From Mycolicibacterium smegmatis (GTDB taxonomy: Bacteria; Actinomycetota; Actinomycetes; Mycobacteriales; Mycobacteriaceae), in assembly GCF_001457595.1 (NCBI RefSeq), contig NZ_LN831039.1:3540001-3572000 (forward strand): a stretch of DNA of 32,000 nucleotides, read 5' to 3'. A program made the position numbers and the translations under genes. The notes under the pieces were generated by a model. It saw nothing but the letters and a program-made list of their open reading frames with translations, ran no database searches and was not told the origin of the DNA. Shown here in pieces: positions 17,912 to 26,061 of this stretch. Position 1 is the stretch's first letter, and each line of letters opens with the position of its first letter.

Positions 17912-18694
17912 ATGGCCGACGAGGCTGAGCGCGCCGCCGGCAATTCGCCCGCGGTCACCCGTTCCATCCGCATCCTTGACCTTCTCGCGGAGGCACGAGG
18001 GGTACCGCGCACCCTCACCGAGATCGCCCGCGAACTCGGCCTCGCCAAGTCATCGGTGTCCAACCTGTGCGCCGCCCTCGAGGAGGGCGGACTGGTGCGC
18101 CGGAGCACCGGCGGCTACCTGCTCGGCCGGCGCACCGTCGAACTGGGCAGTGCATTCCTGTCCGGCTTCAACCAGATTCGTGAGTTCTACCGTGTCTGCG
18201 AGGAGTCCGAGGTGCTGCGGCACCAACTCGTGCAGATCGCGATGCTCGACGGAGCGCACGTGCTCTATCTTGCGGTGTTCGAAGGCCGTCAGCGTTTCCC
18301 GTTGTCCGCCCGCGTCGGCGACCGCTATCCCGCCTCTGTGACCGCGGTCGGCACCGCGCTGCTGTCCGAGCTGACACCGACACAGGTCGCCGAACTCTAC
18401 TGGGACGAAACCAATTTCGTCGGATTGACCAAGAAGTCGACGGCGACCCTGACCACATTGCAGGAAAAGCTCCAGCAGACCCGCCAACGCGGATACGCCG
18501 TCGACGACGGCGAAGTGCATCCCACCGTTCTCGGATTGGCGATCCCCATCCCCGGCGGCAACGGCGAACCGACCTTCGCCATCGGTGTATCCATCGTGCA
18601 TCCCACTGGTTCGGCCGAGGAACGCGAAGCCATCCTCGCCGCTGTGCGTGACGCCGCGGAAAGCCTGACCCGCCCCCGCCTGATCACGGTCTGA
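17912..18694 (+). CDS. IclR family transcriptional regulator
   Basis: SPAVTRSIRILDLLAEARGVPRTLTEIARELGLAKSSVSNLCAALEEGGLVRRSTGGYLLGRRTVELG, plus an IclR-type effector domain. Confidence 0.95.
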   Translation: MADEAERAAGNSPAVTRSIRILDLLAEARGVPRTLTEIARELGLAKSSVSNLCAALEEGGLVRRSTGGYLLGRRTVELGSAFLSGFNQIREFYRVCEESEVLRHQLVQIAMLDGAHVLYLAVFEGRQRFPLSARVGDRYPASVTAVGTALLSELTPTQVAELYWDETNFVGLTKKSTATLTTLQEKLQQTRQRGYAVDDGEVHPTVLGLAIPIPGGNGEPTFAIGVSIVHPTGSAEEREAILAAVRDAAESLTRPRLITV

Positions 18695-18721
18695 CGATAC
18701 CGCCGGAGTACGTTCACGTTC

Positions 18722-19576
18722 ATGGACAACTCCGGACCCAGCCGGACAGCGCTCGCCACGGCATACGCGCGGGCCTGTCACCAGTTCGCCGACAGCCCGC
18801 CGATTTTCGCCGATCCCCTGGCCGCGCGCCTGCTCGGCGTGACGGAAGCCAACCTCGACGACCTCTCACGCCACCCTGCGGGCCACCCGGCGACCGTGGC
18901 CCGCGATCGGCCTCGCCGACTCTTCTTCGCAGCACGCTCCCGGTTCGCCGATGATGTGACGGCCAGGGCCGTGGCCGCGGGTGTGCGTCAGGTGGTGGTG
19001 CTCGGCGCCGGCCTGGACACCGCTGCGTACCGCAATTCGCATCCAGATGTGCACGTCTTCGAGGTGGATCACCCACAGACGCAGGCCTGGAAGCGAGAGC
19101 GCCTCGCCGCCACCGGGATCGACATCCCCGCCACCGCGACCTTGGTACCGGTCGATTTCGAGACGCAGACGCTGGCGTCGGAACTGGAGTCCGCCTCGTT
19201 CTCTCGCACCGAACCGGCGGTCTTCGTCTGGCTCGGCGTGATCTTCTATCTGACTCCCGATGCGGCCGGCAGCACACTCGACTACATCGCCGGGCAGGCC
19301 CGACCCGTCGACCTTGTCTTCGACTACCTCCAGCCCGCGGAAACCGACGAGGACCGGGCCGACCTGAAGAATCGCGCCGCTCGGCTCGCCCGCGCAGGCG
19401 AGCCCCTGGTCAACTACCTCACCTCCGACGAACTCCACCGGCAGTTGGCAGACTTCGGCTTCCGTGTGGTCGAGGACCTCTCCGGCAACGAGCTGATCGG
19501 CCGATATCCGCACGGCGCACCCGTTCTCGACGAGCGGGCGTTGCGTGCCAGCCGAATTGTGCACGCGCGCTGTTGA
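18722..19576 (+). CDS. Class I SAM-dependent methyltransferase (leucine carboxyl methyltransferase/TcmP-like family)
   Basis: SRTALATAYARACHQFADSPPIFADPLAARLLG...VVVLGAGLDTAAYRN...VFEVDHPQTQAWKRERL...FVWLGVIFYLT. Confidence 0.9.
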   Translation: MDNSGPSRTALATAYARACHQFADSPPIFADPLAARLLGVTEANLDDLSRHPAGHPATVARDRPRRLFFAARSRFADDVTARAVAAGVRQVVVLGAGLDTAAYRNSHPDVHVFEVDHPQTQAWKRERLAATGIDIPATATLVPVDFETQTLASELESASFSRTEPAVFVWLGVIFYLTPDAAGSTLDYIAGQARPVDLVFDYLQPAETDEDRADLKNRAARLARAGEPLVNYLTSDELHRQLADFGFRVVEDLSGNELIGRYPHGAPVLDERALRASRIVHARC

Positions 19577-19577
19577 T

Positions 19578-20192
19578 TCAGCGGACAGCCACCTGCCGCC
19601 ACACAGTCTCACAGGTCAGCTTCGCTTCGGCGATCGCGTCCGGGGAGATCTTGGATGCTTGGTAGAACGTCCGCTCGATCATCCAGCACAGAGCCCGCGC
19701 CAGTCCAGGCGCATCCCCCGGCGCAGTGCCAGTGGGAACACCAGCCCGGCGCAGAACATCGGCCATGGCGTCGATGGACACCTCTGCGGCCTCGGACCAC
19801 AACTCGTCGATCGCGGGGACCGTGGACGCGAGGTCCACAGCCATCCGCATCACCGGACCGTGGTCGCGCCACAGCTCCGCAGTGCGTTCCAGCGCAGCAC
19901 CGATCGCCTCGTCGACCGGTCGGGTCTGGTCGCGTGCGGCGCCGGCCGCCCTGTCCCGCAGCACCTGTACGGTTCGGGCGACCAACGCCGTGAGCACCTC
20001 CTGCTTCGAACCGAAGTAGAAGTACAGTGCCGCCCGGGTGATCCCGACCGACTCGGCGATGTCGGCGACCGTCATGTCCGCGTATCCGGTGGTCGTCAAC
20101 AGATCCTCGGCGGCGTCGAGGATCTGTTGTTCGCGTAGATCACCCTTGCGGACCGTCGGCGTCGACCGACGCGAAGGCCACGATTTGGTCAC
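19578..20192 (-). CDS. TetR/AcrR family transcriptional regulator
   Basis: LREQQILDAAEDLLTTTGYADMTVADIAESVGITRAALYFYFGSKQEVLTALV. Confidence 0.95.
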   Translation of the reverse strand: MTKSWPSRRSTPTVRKGDLREQQILDAAEDLLTTTGYADMTVADIAESVGITRAALYFYFGSKQEVLTALVARTVQVLRDRAAGAARDQTRPVDEAIGAALERTAELWRDHGPVMRMAVDLASTVPAIDELWSEAAEVSIDAMADVLRRAGVPTGTAPGDAPGLARALCWMIERTFYQASKISPDAIAEAKLTCETVWRQVAVR

Positions 20193-20216
20193 GGTCTCCC
20201 CTTCGCCGGTTGGCTC

Positions 20217-21068
20217 CTACGTCGAGGCGAGTTGCGCGCCGTCGGCGAAATCCGTGCTGCGGGAGAGCTCTTCCCAGCGCCGGATGTCCTCGTCGACCGC
20301 TGCGCGCGCCGCACCGACCAGCCTCAACGCGTCCGATCCCAGGACCAGGTGGGCCGGCGGTTCAGGCTCGTCCAGTATCGCCAGGACGGCTTCGGCGGCC
20401 TTGACGGGGTTGCCCAGTTGGTTTCCGCTGGCCTTGAGGCGTGCAGCACGGATGGGTTCGAACAGTTCGTCGTAGTCGGCGATGGAACGGTCCGCCCGGG
20501 TCATCGAGCGGCCGGCCCAGTCGGTACGGAACGATCCCGGTTCGATCGCGGTGACGTGGATGCCGAAGCCGCTGATCTCTTTACGGATGCTCTCCAGCAT
20601 GCCCTCCACGGCGAATTTGCTGGCGCAGTATGCCGACATGCCGGGGACGGCCATGAGTCCACCCATCGAAGTCACTGCCATCAGATGCCCTTTGCGCCGC
20701 TCCCGCAGGTAAGGAAGTGCGGCTTGCAGTGTGGCAGCGACGCCGAAGACGTTGGTGGCGAACTGGGCTCGCATCTCGGCGATCGGCGTCTCCTCGAAGA
20801 TGCCCTCGACGCCGTAGCCGGCGTTGGCGATCACCACATCGATGGGCCCGATGTTCTTCTCGACTTCCGAGACAACCGCAGTCACGGCTGCGTCGTCGGT
20901 GACGTCGAGTTGACGGGCGTGCGCCCGGTCCGGCGCGGTCGATTCGAAAGCGGCGGCATCGGTGTCCTTGCGCACGGTGCCGACAACGCGGTGCCCCGCA
21001 GCGAGGGCTCCGTTCGCGAAGGCCTGTCCCAGGCCGCTGCTCACTCCGCTGATGAAAAACGTCTTCAT
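20217..21068 (-). CDS. SDR family oxidoreductase
   Basis: MKTFFISGVSSGLGQAFANGALAAGHRVVGTVR...VIANAGYGVEGIFEETPI...MPGMSAYCASKFAVEGMLESI. Followed by TetR in the same orientation (24-nt gap). Confidence 0.94.
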   Translation of the reverse strand: MKTFFISGVSSGLGQAFANGALAAGHRVVGTVRKDTDAAAFESTAPDRAHARQLDVTDDAAVTAVVSEVEKNIGPIDVVIANAGYGVEGIFEETPIAEMRAQFATNVFGVAATLQAALPYLRERRKGHLMAVTSMGGLMAVPGMSAYCASKFAVEGMLESIRKEISGFGIHVTAIEPGSFRTDWAGRSMTRADRSIADYDELFEPIRAARLKASGNQLGNPVKAAEAVLAILDEPEPPAHLVLGSDALRLVGAARAAVDEDIRRWEELSRSTDFADGAQLAST

Positions 21069-21083
21069 GATGTCCTCTCGAAA

Positions 21084-21132
21084 ACTTACTCAACACAGTG
21101 TCAAATAATAATCTACACCGTGTCAAGTAAGT
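21084..21132. promoter_or_regulatory. Composite operator in the SDR-TetR / MBL intergenic region
   Basis: Outer inverted repeat ACTTACT (21084-21090) / AGTAAGT (21126-21132) encloses two copies of ACAC[A/C]GTGTCAA (21093-21104, 21115-21126) spaced 22 bp. Confidence 0.7.
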
Positions 21133-21241
21133 CTTTCCCGAACGTCCAGCACCGCGGATAGCCGACGGACCCGGCATGCGTTCTCCGAGGCAGGCCCAGG
21201 GCATTCGTCCGGGGTCTTCGGGCTTACAAGAGGAGACGAGC

Positions 21242-22162
21242 ATGACCACCAGTACGGACAACACTTCCCACGCAGGGACGCAGACCATCGACGAGTTGGT
21301 GCCGTCGCGCTACGCGGTACAGGTCGGCGACATCGAGGTCCTCGTGATCAGCGACGGCGTGCTGCCCATCACCGCAAGCACCATGGCAACCAATGCCGAC
21401 AGCGACACGTATCGCACCTGGCTGAGTGACCGCTTCCTGCCTCAGGACATCCTCGATTGGCCGCTGAACGTGGTGGTGGTGCGCAGCGGTGACCGCACCA
21501 TCCTGGTCGATGCGGGCCTGGGCGTGGAGTTTCCCGACTTTCCGCGTGCCGGGCGCACCGTCGCGCGCCTGGAGGCCGCCGGTATCGATCCGTCAGCCGT
21601 GACCGACGTGGTTCTCACCCACCTCCACATGGACCACATCGGCGGGTTGCTCTCACACGGATTGAAAGAAAGACTCCGTCCGGACCTGCGAATCCATGTG
21701 GCGTCCGCGGAGGCCAACTTCTGGGAGTCGCCGGATTTCTCGCACACCGAGATGCCCGCACCGGTTCCGCCGGCACTGCGTGCGATCGCCGGTCGCTTCC
21801 TCGACGAATACCGCGGCCAGATCCAAACATTCGACTCCGAGTACGACATCACGCCAGGAGTCCACGTCGCGCGCACCGGCGGCCACACACCCGGCCACAG
21901 TGTCGTACGACTGGCATCCGGTGAGGATCGGCTCACGTTCGCCGGAGACGCCGTGTTCGCGCCCGGGTTCGACAATCCTCAGTGGCACAACGGGTTCGAA
22001 CACGACCCGGAGGAATCCGTCCGGGTCCGCGTCGAACTGCTGCGCGAGCTTGCGGCAACCGGTGAGTCCCTCGTCGCCACCCATCTGCCGTTCCCGTCGG
22101 TCTGCCATGTGGCGGCCGCGGGCGACGCATTCCGCTGCGTTCCCGCGGTCTGGGACTACTGA
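21242..22162 (+). CDS. MBL-fold metallo-hydrolase
   Basis: VVVVRSGDRTILVDAGLGVEF...VTDVVLTHLHMDHIGGLLSHG...RTGGHTPGHSVVRL...FAGDAVFAPGFDNPQW...LVATHLPFPSVCHV. ATG at 21242 after the GAGGAGA Shine-Dalgarno. Confidence 0.95.
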   Translation: MTTSTDNTSHAGTQTIDELVPSRYAVQVGDIEVLVISDGVLPITASTMATNADSDTYRTWLSDRFLPQDILDWPLNVVVVRSGDRTILVDAGLGVEFPDFPRAGRTVARLEAAGIDPSAVTDVVLTHLHMDHIGGLLSHGLKERLRPDLRIHVASAEANFWESPDFSHTEMPAPVPPALRAIAGRFLDEYRGQIQTFDSEYDITPGVHVARTGGHTPGHSVVRLASGEDRLTFAGDAVFAPGFDNPQWHNGFEHDPEESVRVRVELLRELAATGESLVATHLPFPSVCHVAAAGDAFRCVPAVWDY

Positions 22163-22183
22163 CCCGATCAACGCCTGGGCGTC

Positions 22184-22221
22184 TTGACCCTCCCCCTGGG
22201 GCAATCCCCAGGGTGGAGGTC
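22184..22221 (+). promoter_or_regulatory. MerR-type operator/promoter with leaderless start for the disrupted NTF2-like gene
   Basis: TTGACC (22184-22189), 19-nt spacer, CAGGGT (22209-22214). GACCCTCCCCCTGGGG-caat-CCCCAGGGTGGAGGTC dyad at 22186-22221 (13/16 paired) directly abuts the ATG at 22222. Confidence 0.55.
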
Positions 22222-22492
22222 ATGACGACCGACGAGAACACCCCGACCGCCCTCACCTGGGACGAACTTCCCGCACCTGTCGCCACCTACCTCGGCGCAC
22301 GCCCGAAAGATGACACCGCAACGGCACTTGGCGCCTTCACCGAAGACGCCAGCGTCACCGACGAAGGCCACACCTACCGCGGTCGGGACAAGATTCTCGC
22401 GTGGATGCAGCGGGTGAGCACCAAGTACAGCTACACCACCGAGTTCACCGAAGCGACTCGCCGCGACGAGTCACACATCGACGTGACCCAGC
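22222..22492 (+). pseudogene. 5' part of NTF2/SnoaL-like domain gene, interrupted by IS256-family insertion
   Basis: MTTDENTPTALTWDELPAPVATYLGARPKDDTATALGAFTEDASVTDEGHTYRGRDKILAWMQRVSTKYSYTTEFTEATRRDESHIDVTQ is fused to IS sequence after the TSD. Confidence 0.85.
22484..22492. repeat. Target-site duplication, left copy TGACCCAGC
   Basis: Identical 9-mer at 23981-23989 immediately outside the opposite terminal inverted repeat. Confidence 0.9.
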
Positions 22493-22516
22493 GAGCAATG
22501 ATCAATACCTGTGGAT
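22493..22516 (+). repeat. Terminal inverted repeat, left
   Basis: GAGCAATGATCAATACCTGTGGAT, matching the reverse complement of 23957-23980 at 21 of 24 positions. Confidence 0.9.
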
Positions 22517-22627
22517 GAGCCTCGGTGTGGGGGCGTGAAGATGGGCGCACCTTCCCGGGGATGATCTTCACGGAATCAGGTATTCGATCAAGACCGGCGT
22601 TGGCGCGCTGGTTGGGAAGGTACGCCC

Positions 22628-23947
22628 ATGCTCACCGTAGTTCACGACACCGAGGACGCCAACGACAAGGCCAGCGGTGCTGGTCGGTCGTTGTTGGATG
22701 AGATCGTCCGCGACGGGGCCCGGCAGATGCTGGCCGCGGCGTTGCAGGCCGAGGTCGCCGCCTACGTGGCGCAGTTCGCCGATCAACTCGACGAGAACGG
22801 TCACCGGTTGGTGGTGCGAAACGGCTATCACCAGCCCCGGGAGGTGCTGACCGCCGCCGGCGCGGTGCAGGTGAAAGCGCCGCGGGTCAACGACCGCCGT
22901 GTCGACCCCGACACCGGTGAACGCAAGCGGTTCTCCTCGGCGATCCTGCCGGCCTGGGCGCGCAAGTCGCCGCAGATGAGCGAGGTACTGCCGCTGCTGT
23001 ACCTGCACGGCCTGTCGAGCAACGATTTCACCCCTGCCCTCGAGCAGTTCCTCGGCTCCGGCGCTGGGCTGTCGGCCAGCACGATCACCCGGCTCACGGC
23101 GCAGTGGCAAGACGAGGCCCGCGCGTTTGGGGCCCGCGACCTCTCGGCCACTGATTACGTGTATCTGTGGGTCGACGGCATTCACCTCAAGGTGCGGCTG
23201 GACCAGGAAAAGCTCTGTCTGCTGGTGATGCTGGGCGTGCGTGCTGATGGCCGCAAGGAGCTCGTGGCGATCACCGACGGCTACCGCGAGTCGGCCGAGT
23301 CGTGGGCCGATCTGTTGCGCGACTGCAAGCGCCGCGGCATGACCGCCCCCGTACTCGCGATCGGCGATGGCGCGCTCGGGTTCTGGAAAGCAGTCCGCGA
23401 GGTTTTCCCGGCCACCAAAGAGCAGCGGTGCTGGTTTCATAAGCAGGCCAATGTTCTTGCTGCACTGCCGAAATCAGCGCACCCGTCGGCGCTGGCGGCG
23501 ATCAAGGAGATCTACAACGCCGAGGATATCGACAAGGCCCAGATCGCGGTCAAGGCCTTCGAGGCCGACTTCGGCGCGAAGTATCCCAAGGCGGTCGCTA
23601 AGATCACCGACGACCTCGATGTGCTGCTGGAATTCTACAAGTATCCGGCCGAACATTGGATTCATCTGCGAACGACGAATCCGATCGAATCCACCTTTGC
23701 CACAGTGCGTTTGAGGACCAAGGTCACCAAGGGGCCCGGATCACGAGCGGCCGGACTAGCGATGGCCTACAAGCTCATCGACGCCGCCGCGGCCCGCTGG
23801 CGTGCCGTCAACGCCCCACACCTGGTCGCCCTGGTCCGCGCCGGCGCGGTCTTCCATAAAGGCAGACTGCTCGAACGACCCACCGACATCACCCCGCCAA
23901 CATCGCCCTCAGACGGCGGTCAGCACGCCGGAACGGAGGTCGCCTGA
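22628..23947 (+). CDS. IS256-family (Mutator-type) transposase
   Basis: 439-aa ORF: LPLLYLHGLSSNDFTPALEQFLG...YVYLWVDGIHLKVRL...VMLGVRADGRKELVAITDGYRESAESWADLLRDCKRRG...AIGDGALGFWKAVREVFPATKEQRCWFHKQANVLAALPKS...TTNPIESTFATVRLRTKVTKG. Confidence 0.98.
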   Translation: MLTVVHDTEDANDKASGAGRSLLDEIVRDGARQMLAAALQAEVAAYVAQFADQLDENGHRLVVRNGYHQPREVLTAAGAVQVKAPRVNDRRVDPDTGERKRFSSAILPAWARKSPQMSEVLPLLYLHGLSSNDFTPALEQFLGSGAGLSASTITRLTAQWQDEARAFGARDLSATDYVYLWVDGIHLKVRLDQEKLCLLVMLGVRADGRKELVAITDGYRESAESWADLLRDCKRRGMTAPVLAIGDGALGFWKAVREVFPATKEQRCWFHKQANVLAALPKSAHPSALAAIKEIYNAEDIDKAQIAVKAFEADFGAKYPKAVAKITDDLDVLLEFYKYPAEHWIHLRTTNPIESTFATVRLRTKVTKGPGSRAAGLAMAYKLIDAAAARWRAVNAPHLVALVRAGAVFHKGRLLERPTDITPPTSPSDGGQHAGTEVA

Positions 23948-23956
23948 AACACCCCG

Positions 23957-23980
23957 ATCCACAGGTATTGACAATTCCTC
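23957..23980 (-). repeat. Terminal inverted repeat, right
   Basis: ATCCACAGGTATTGACAATTCCTC on the plus strand. Confidence 0.9.
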
Positions 23981-23989
23981 TGACCCAGC
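23981..23989. repeat. Target-site duplication, right copy TGACCCAGC
   Basis: Same 9-mer as 22484-22492. Confidence 0.9.
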
Positions 23990-24093
23990 ATCTCGAAGGC
24001 GACTTTCCCGGAGGCGTCGTCGATCTGCGATTCCGCTTCACCCTCGACGGGACATACATCAGCCGACTGACGATCGAACCGTGTGTTGGGTGA
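23990..24093 (+). pseudogene. 3' part of the interrupted NTF2/SnoaL-like gene
   Basis: Joining 22492 to 23990 restores ...HIDVTQHLEGDFPGGVVDLRFRFTLDGTYISRLTIEPCVG* in frame (271+104=375 nt). Confidence 0.85.
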
Positions 24094-24769
24094 GCACAAT
24101 GCGGAAAACGGCGCCGGCCGCTCACTCCGCGTTCAGTGCGCGCAAGCGCTCCGCGCCACTCCGCTCGCGAGTGAGCGTCCCTCGTCGTAGCAGCGTTCCC
24201 GGCACCACCGGACGCCGCAAGCGGAGTTTCCGCAACGGCTCTGCGTGGTCGTGGCAACTTGAGAGAACGCCGAATCTGGTGTATGCCGTGCGTCCGTACC
24301 GATCGCGGACGCGGTCGCTCAAGCAACTGCGCGGACCATCCGCTGTAATCAGTCAGCAACCGCCGACTTCCCGCCACTCATTTGGATGCGCATTCACAGC
24401 TTCTGCCGGACGAATGCCATTGTTTGCAATGCAAAATTCTTGTCGCCCAGTGAGCAAAATGCGCTCATTGCGATGAACTTGGCTTATGATCTTGTGCTGC
24501 CACACCCAGAGACATTGCGGGCAAGTCGCCAGCAACCGCTGAGCGTGGCCAAAGGATTGCATTGTTGCGTTGGCGTTAGCTGCGAGATTCAGCCCTGACA
24601 CACTCCCGTCCGCTCCAAGACCGCGAGTCGGAGTATCCAGCAAAGGCAATGGGCGTCTGTGACGAAAGGCCTGCCCACCGCGGAGAATTTGCCTAGATGG
24701 TTCCGAGTGGACACCGAAGACATATGTGCCACTATGTCCGAAGGCAAACATCGCTGACGCGGGGGGATT

Positions 24770-25888
24770 ATGAGTCTTTCGGAGGTCTTCGATCGCCGCA
24801 GGAACGCATTGACGTTGTGGCGCCTCTTCCTCGCGATAGGCGTGGTCTTCTGGCATTCTTGGCCGCTGACCGGACGAGAGATTCAGTATGAGCCGGCGGT
24901 GCGGTTGCTCAGCGACATGTTCGCCGATGGATTTTTCGTCATTTCCGGGTTTCTGATCACTGCGGCCTGGATCCGCCGTCCCTACCTCAAGGAGTACTGG
25001 GCATCTCGGAGTCTGCGCATCTTCCCGGGCCTCTGGGTGTGTCTTGCGGTCATCGCCTTCATCGCTGCTCCGATTGCCGCGAAGGCCACAGACACCGCTG
25101 TCTCCCTGTCGTCTGAGATCGCATATGTGCTGAACAACGCGGTGTTGAACATTGCGTATTTCGGTATCGACGGGACCCCTGTTGACGTGCCGTATCCCGG
25201 TGTCTGGAATGGCTCGATCTGGACACTGTTCTTCGTGCTGCTGTGTGACCTCATGGTCTCCGTCCTCGGCTTCATCGGATTGCTCAAGCGCCGGTGGACA
25301 ATTCCAGTCTTGTTCGTTGCGGCGGTCTGCTGGTGCGCCTACGTCTCTTACACACCGCCCGGCTACAGCATGGCGCAGATGCTTGCAAGGTTCGCCGTCG
25401 TCTTCCTCGCCGGCGCGATGTTTTACAAGTACCAGCACAAGATCCCCGCGAATTGGTGGCTGGTCGGGCTGAGCGCCGCGATTGTCGTGGCATCCTCATT
25501 CACCCACAACTATCGCGTCATCGGCGCCCTCCCGTTGGCCTACGCGATCATCGTGTCCGGCGCGCTTGTGAAGCGATCGCGGTTGCAGAACGACCTCTCG
25601 TACGGCGTGTACATCTACGCATTCCCGGTCCAGCAGCTGCTGGCCACCTTCGGTCTGGCGGCCCTCAACCCATTCCTGTTCTTCGGCCTCTCTACCGTGG
25701 CCGTGCTTCCGGTGGCGGCCGGAAGCTGGTTCCTGGTGGAGAAACGTGCGTCCAACCTGAAGGGTCGGATTTTCCGCAAGTCCGCGAAACCGGTCGCACC
25801 CGAGGCTCGTTCCAGAGCGGCCGTTGAGACAGGAAACCTGGAAGCGCCCGCCGAACAGTCCGTCGCCCCCGGCGAGCACGCCACCTGA
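24770..25888 (+). CDS. Acyltransferase 3 family membrane protein (OafA-like)
   Basis: LSEVFDRRRNALTLWRLFLAIGVVFWHSWPL...LSDMFADGFFVISGFLITAAWIRRPYLKEYWASRSLRIFPGLWVCLAVIAF...NGSIWTLFFVLLCDL. Confidence 0.93.
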   Translation: MSLSEVFDRRRNALTLWRLFLAIGVVFWHSWPLTGREIQYEPAVRLLSDMFADGFFVISGFLITAAWIRRPYLKEYWASRSLRIFPGLWVCLAVIAFIAAPIAAKATDTAVSLSSEIAYVLNNAVLNIAYFGIDGTPVDVPYPGVWNGSIWTLFFVLLCDLMVSVLGFIGLLKRRWTIPVLFVAAVCWCAYVSYTPPGYSMAQMLARFAVVFLAGAMFYKYQHKIPANWWLVGLSAAIVVASSFTHNYRVIGALPLAYAIIVSGALVKRSRLQNDLSYGVYIYAFPVQQLLATFGLAALNPFLFFGLSTVAVLPVAAGSWFLVEKRASNLKGRIFRKSAKPVAPEARSRAAVETGNLEAPAEQSVAPGEHAT

Positions 25889-26061
25889 GCAGAGCCGCAC
25901 CGCGGACCGGACCTTCCGCGACCGGGACACCCGTCGCGCCGATGGCAGCCACCACCCCCCAACCGAGATGGTGCATCGCCAGCGAAGTGAAGGAACGGTC
26001 GCCCCTTGCGATCCAGCGACCGCCCCGCTCTCACGGCCACCCGAACTGAGACAATGCGGGG

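Larger units (their letters stand above)
22493..23980 (+). mobile_element. Complete IS256-family insertion sequence (1488 bp)
   Basis: Bounded by terminal inverted repeats GAGCAATGATCAATACCTGTGGAT / GAGGAATTGTCAATACCTGTGGAT (21/24 identical) and a 9-bp TSD; encodes a Mutator/IS256-type transposase. Confidence 0.95.

Noticed and set aside
20232-21161. 309-aa plus-strand ORF opposite the SDR
   Set aside because: Antisense shadow with no recognisable domain; the opposite strand encodes an obvious SDR.
22568-23440. 290-aa minus-strand ORF inside the IS element
   Set aside because: Antisense to the transposase. IS256 elements normally carry a single ORF, and this frame lacks domain features.
23889-24377. 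162-aa minus-strand ORF crossing the right end of the IS
   Set aside because: It crosses the IS boundary and the rebuilt 3' gene fragment, so it cannot be a pre-existing gene, and its composition is shadow-like.
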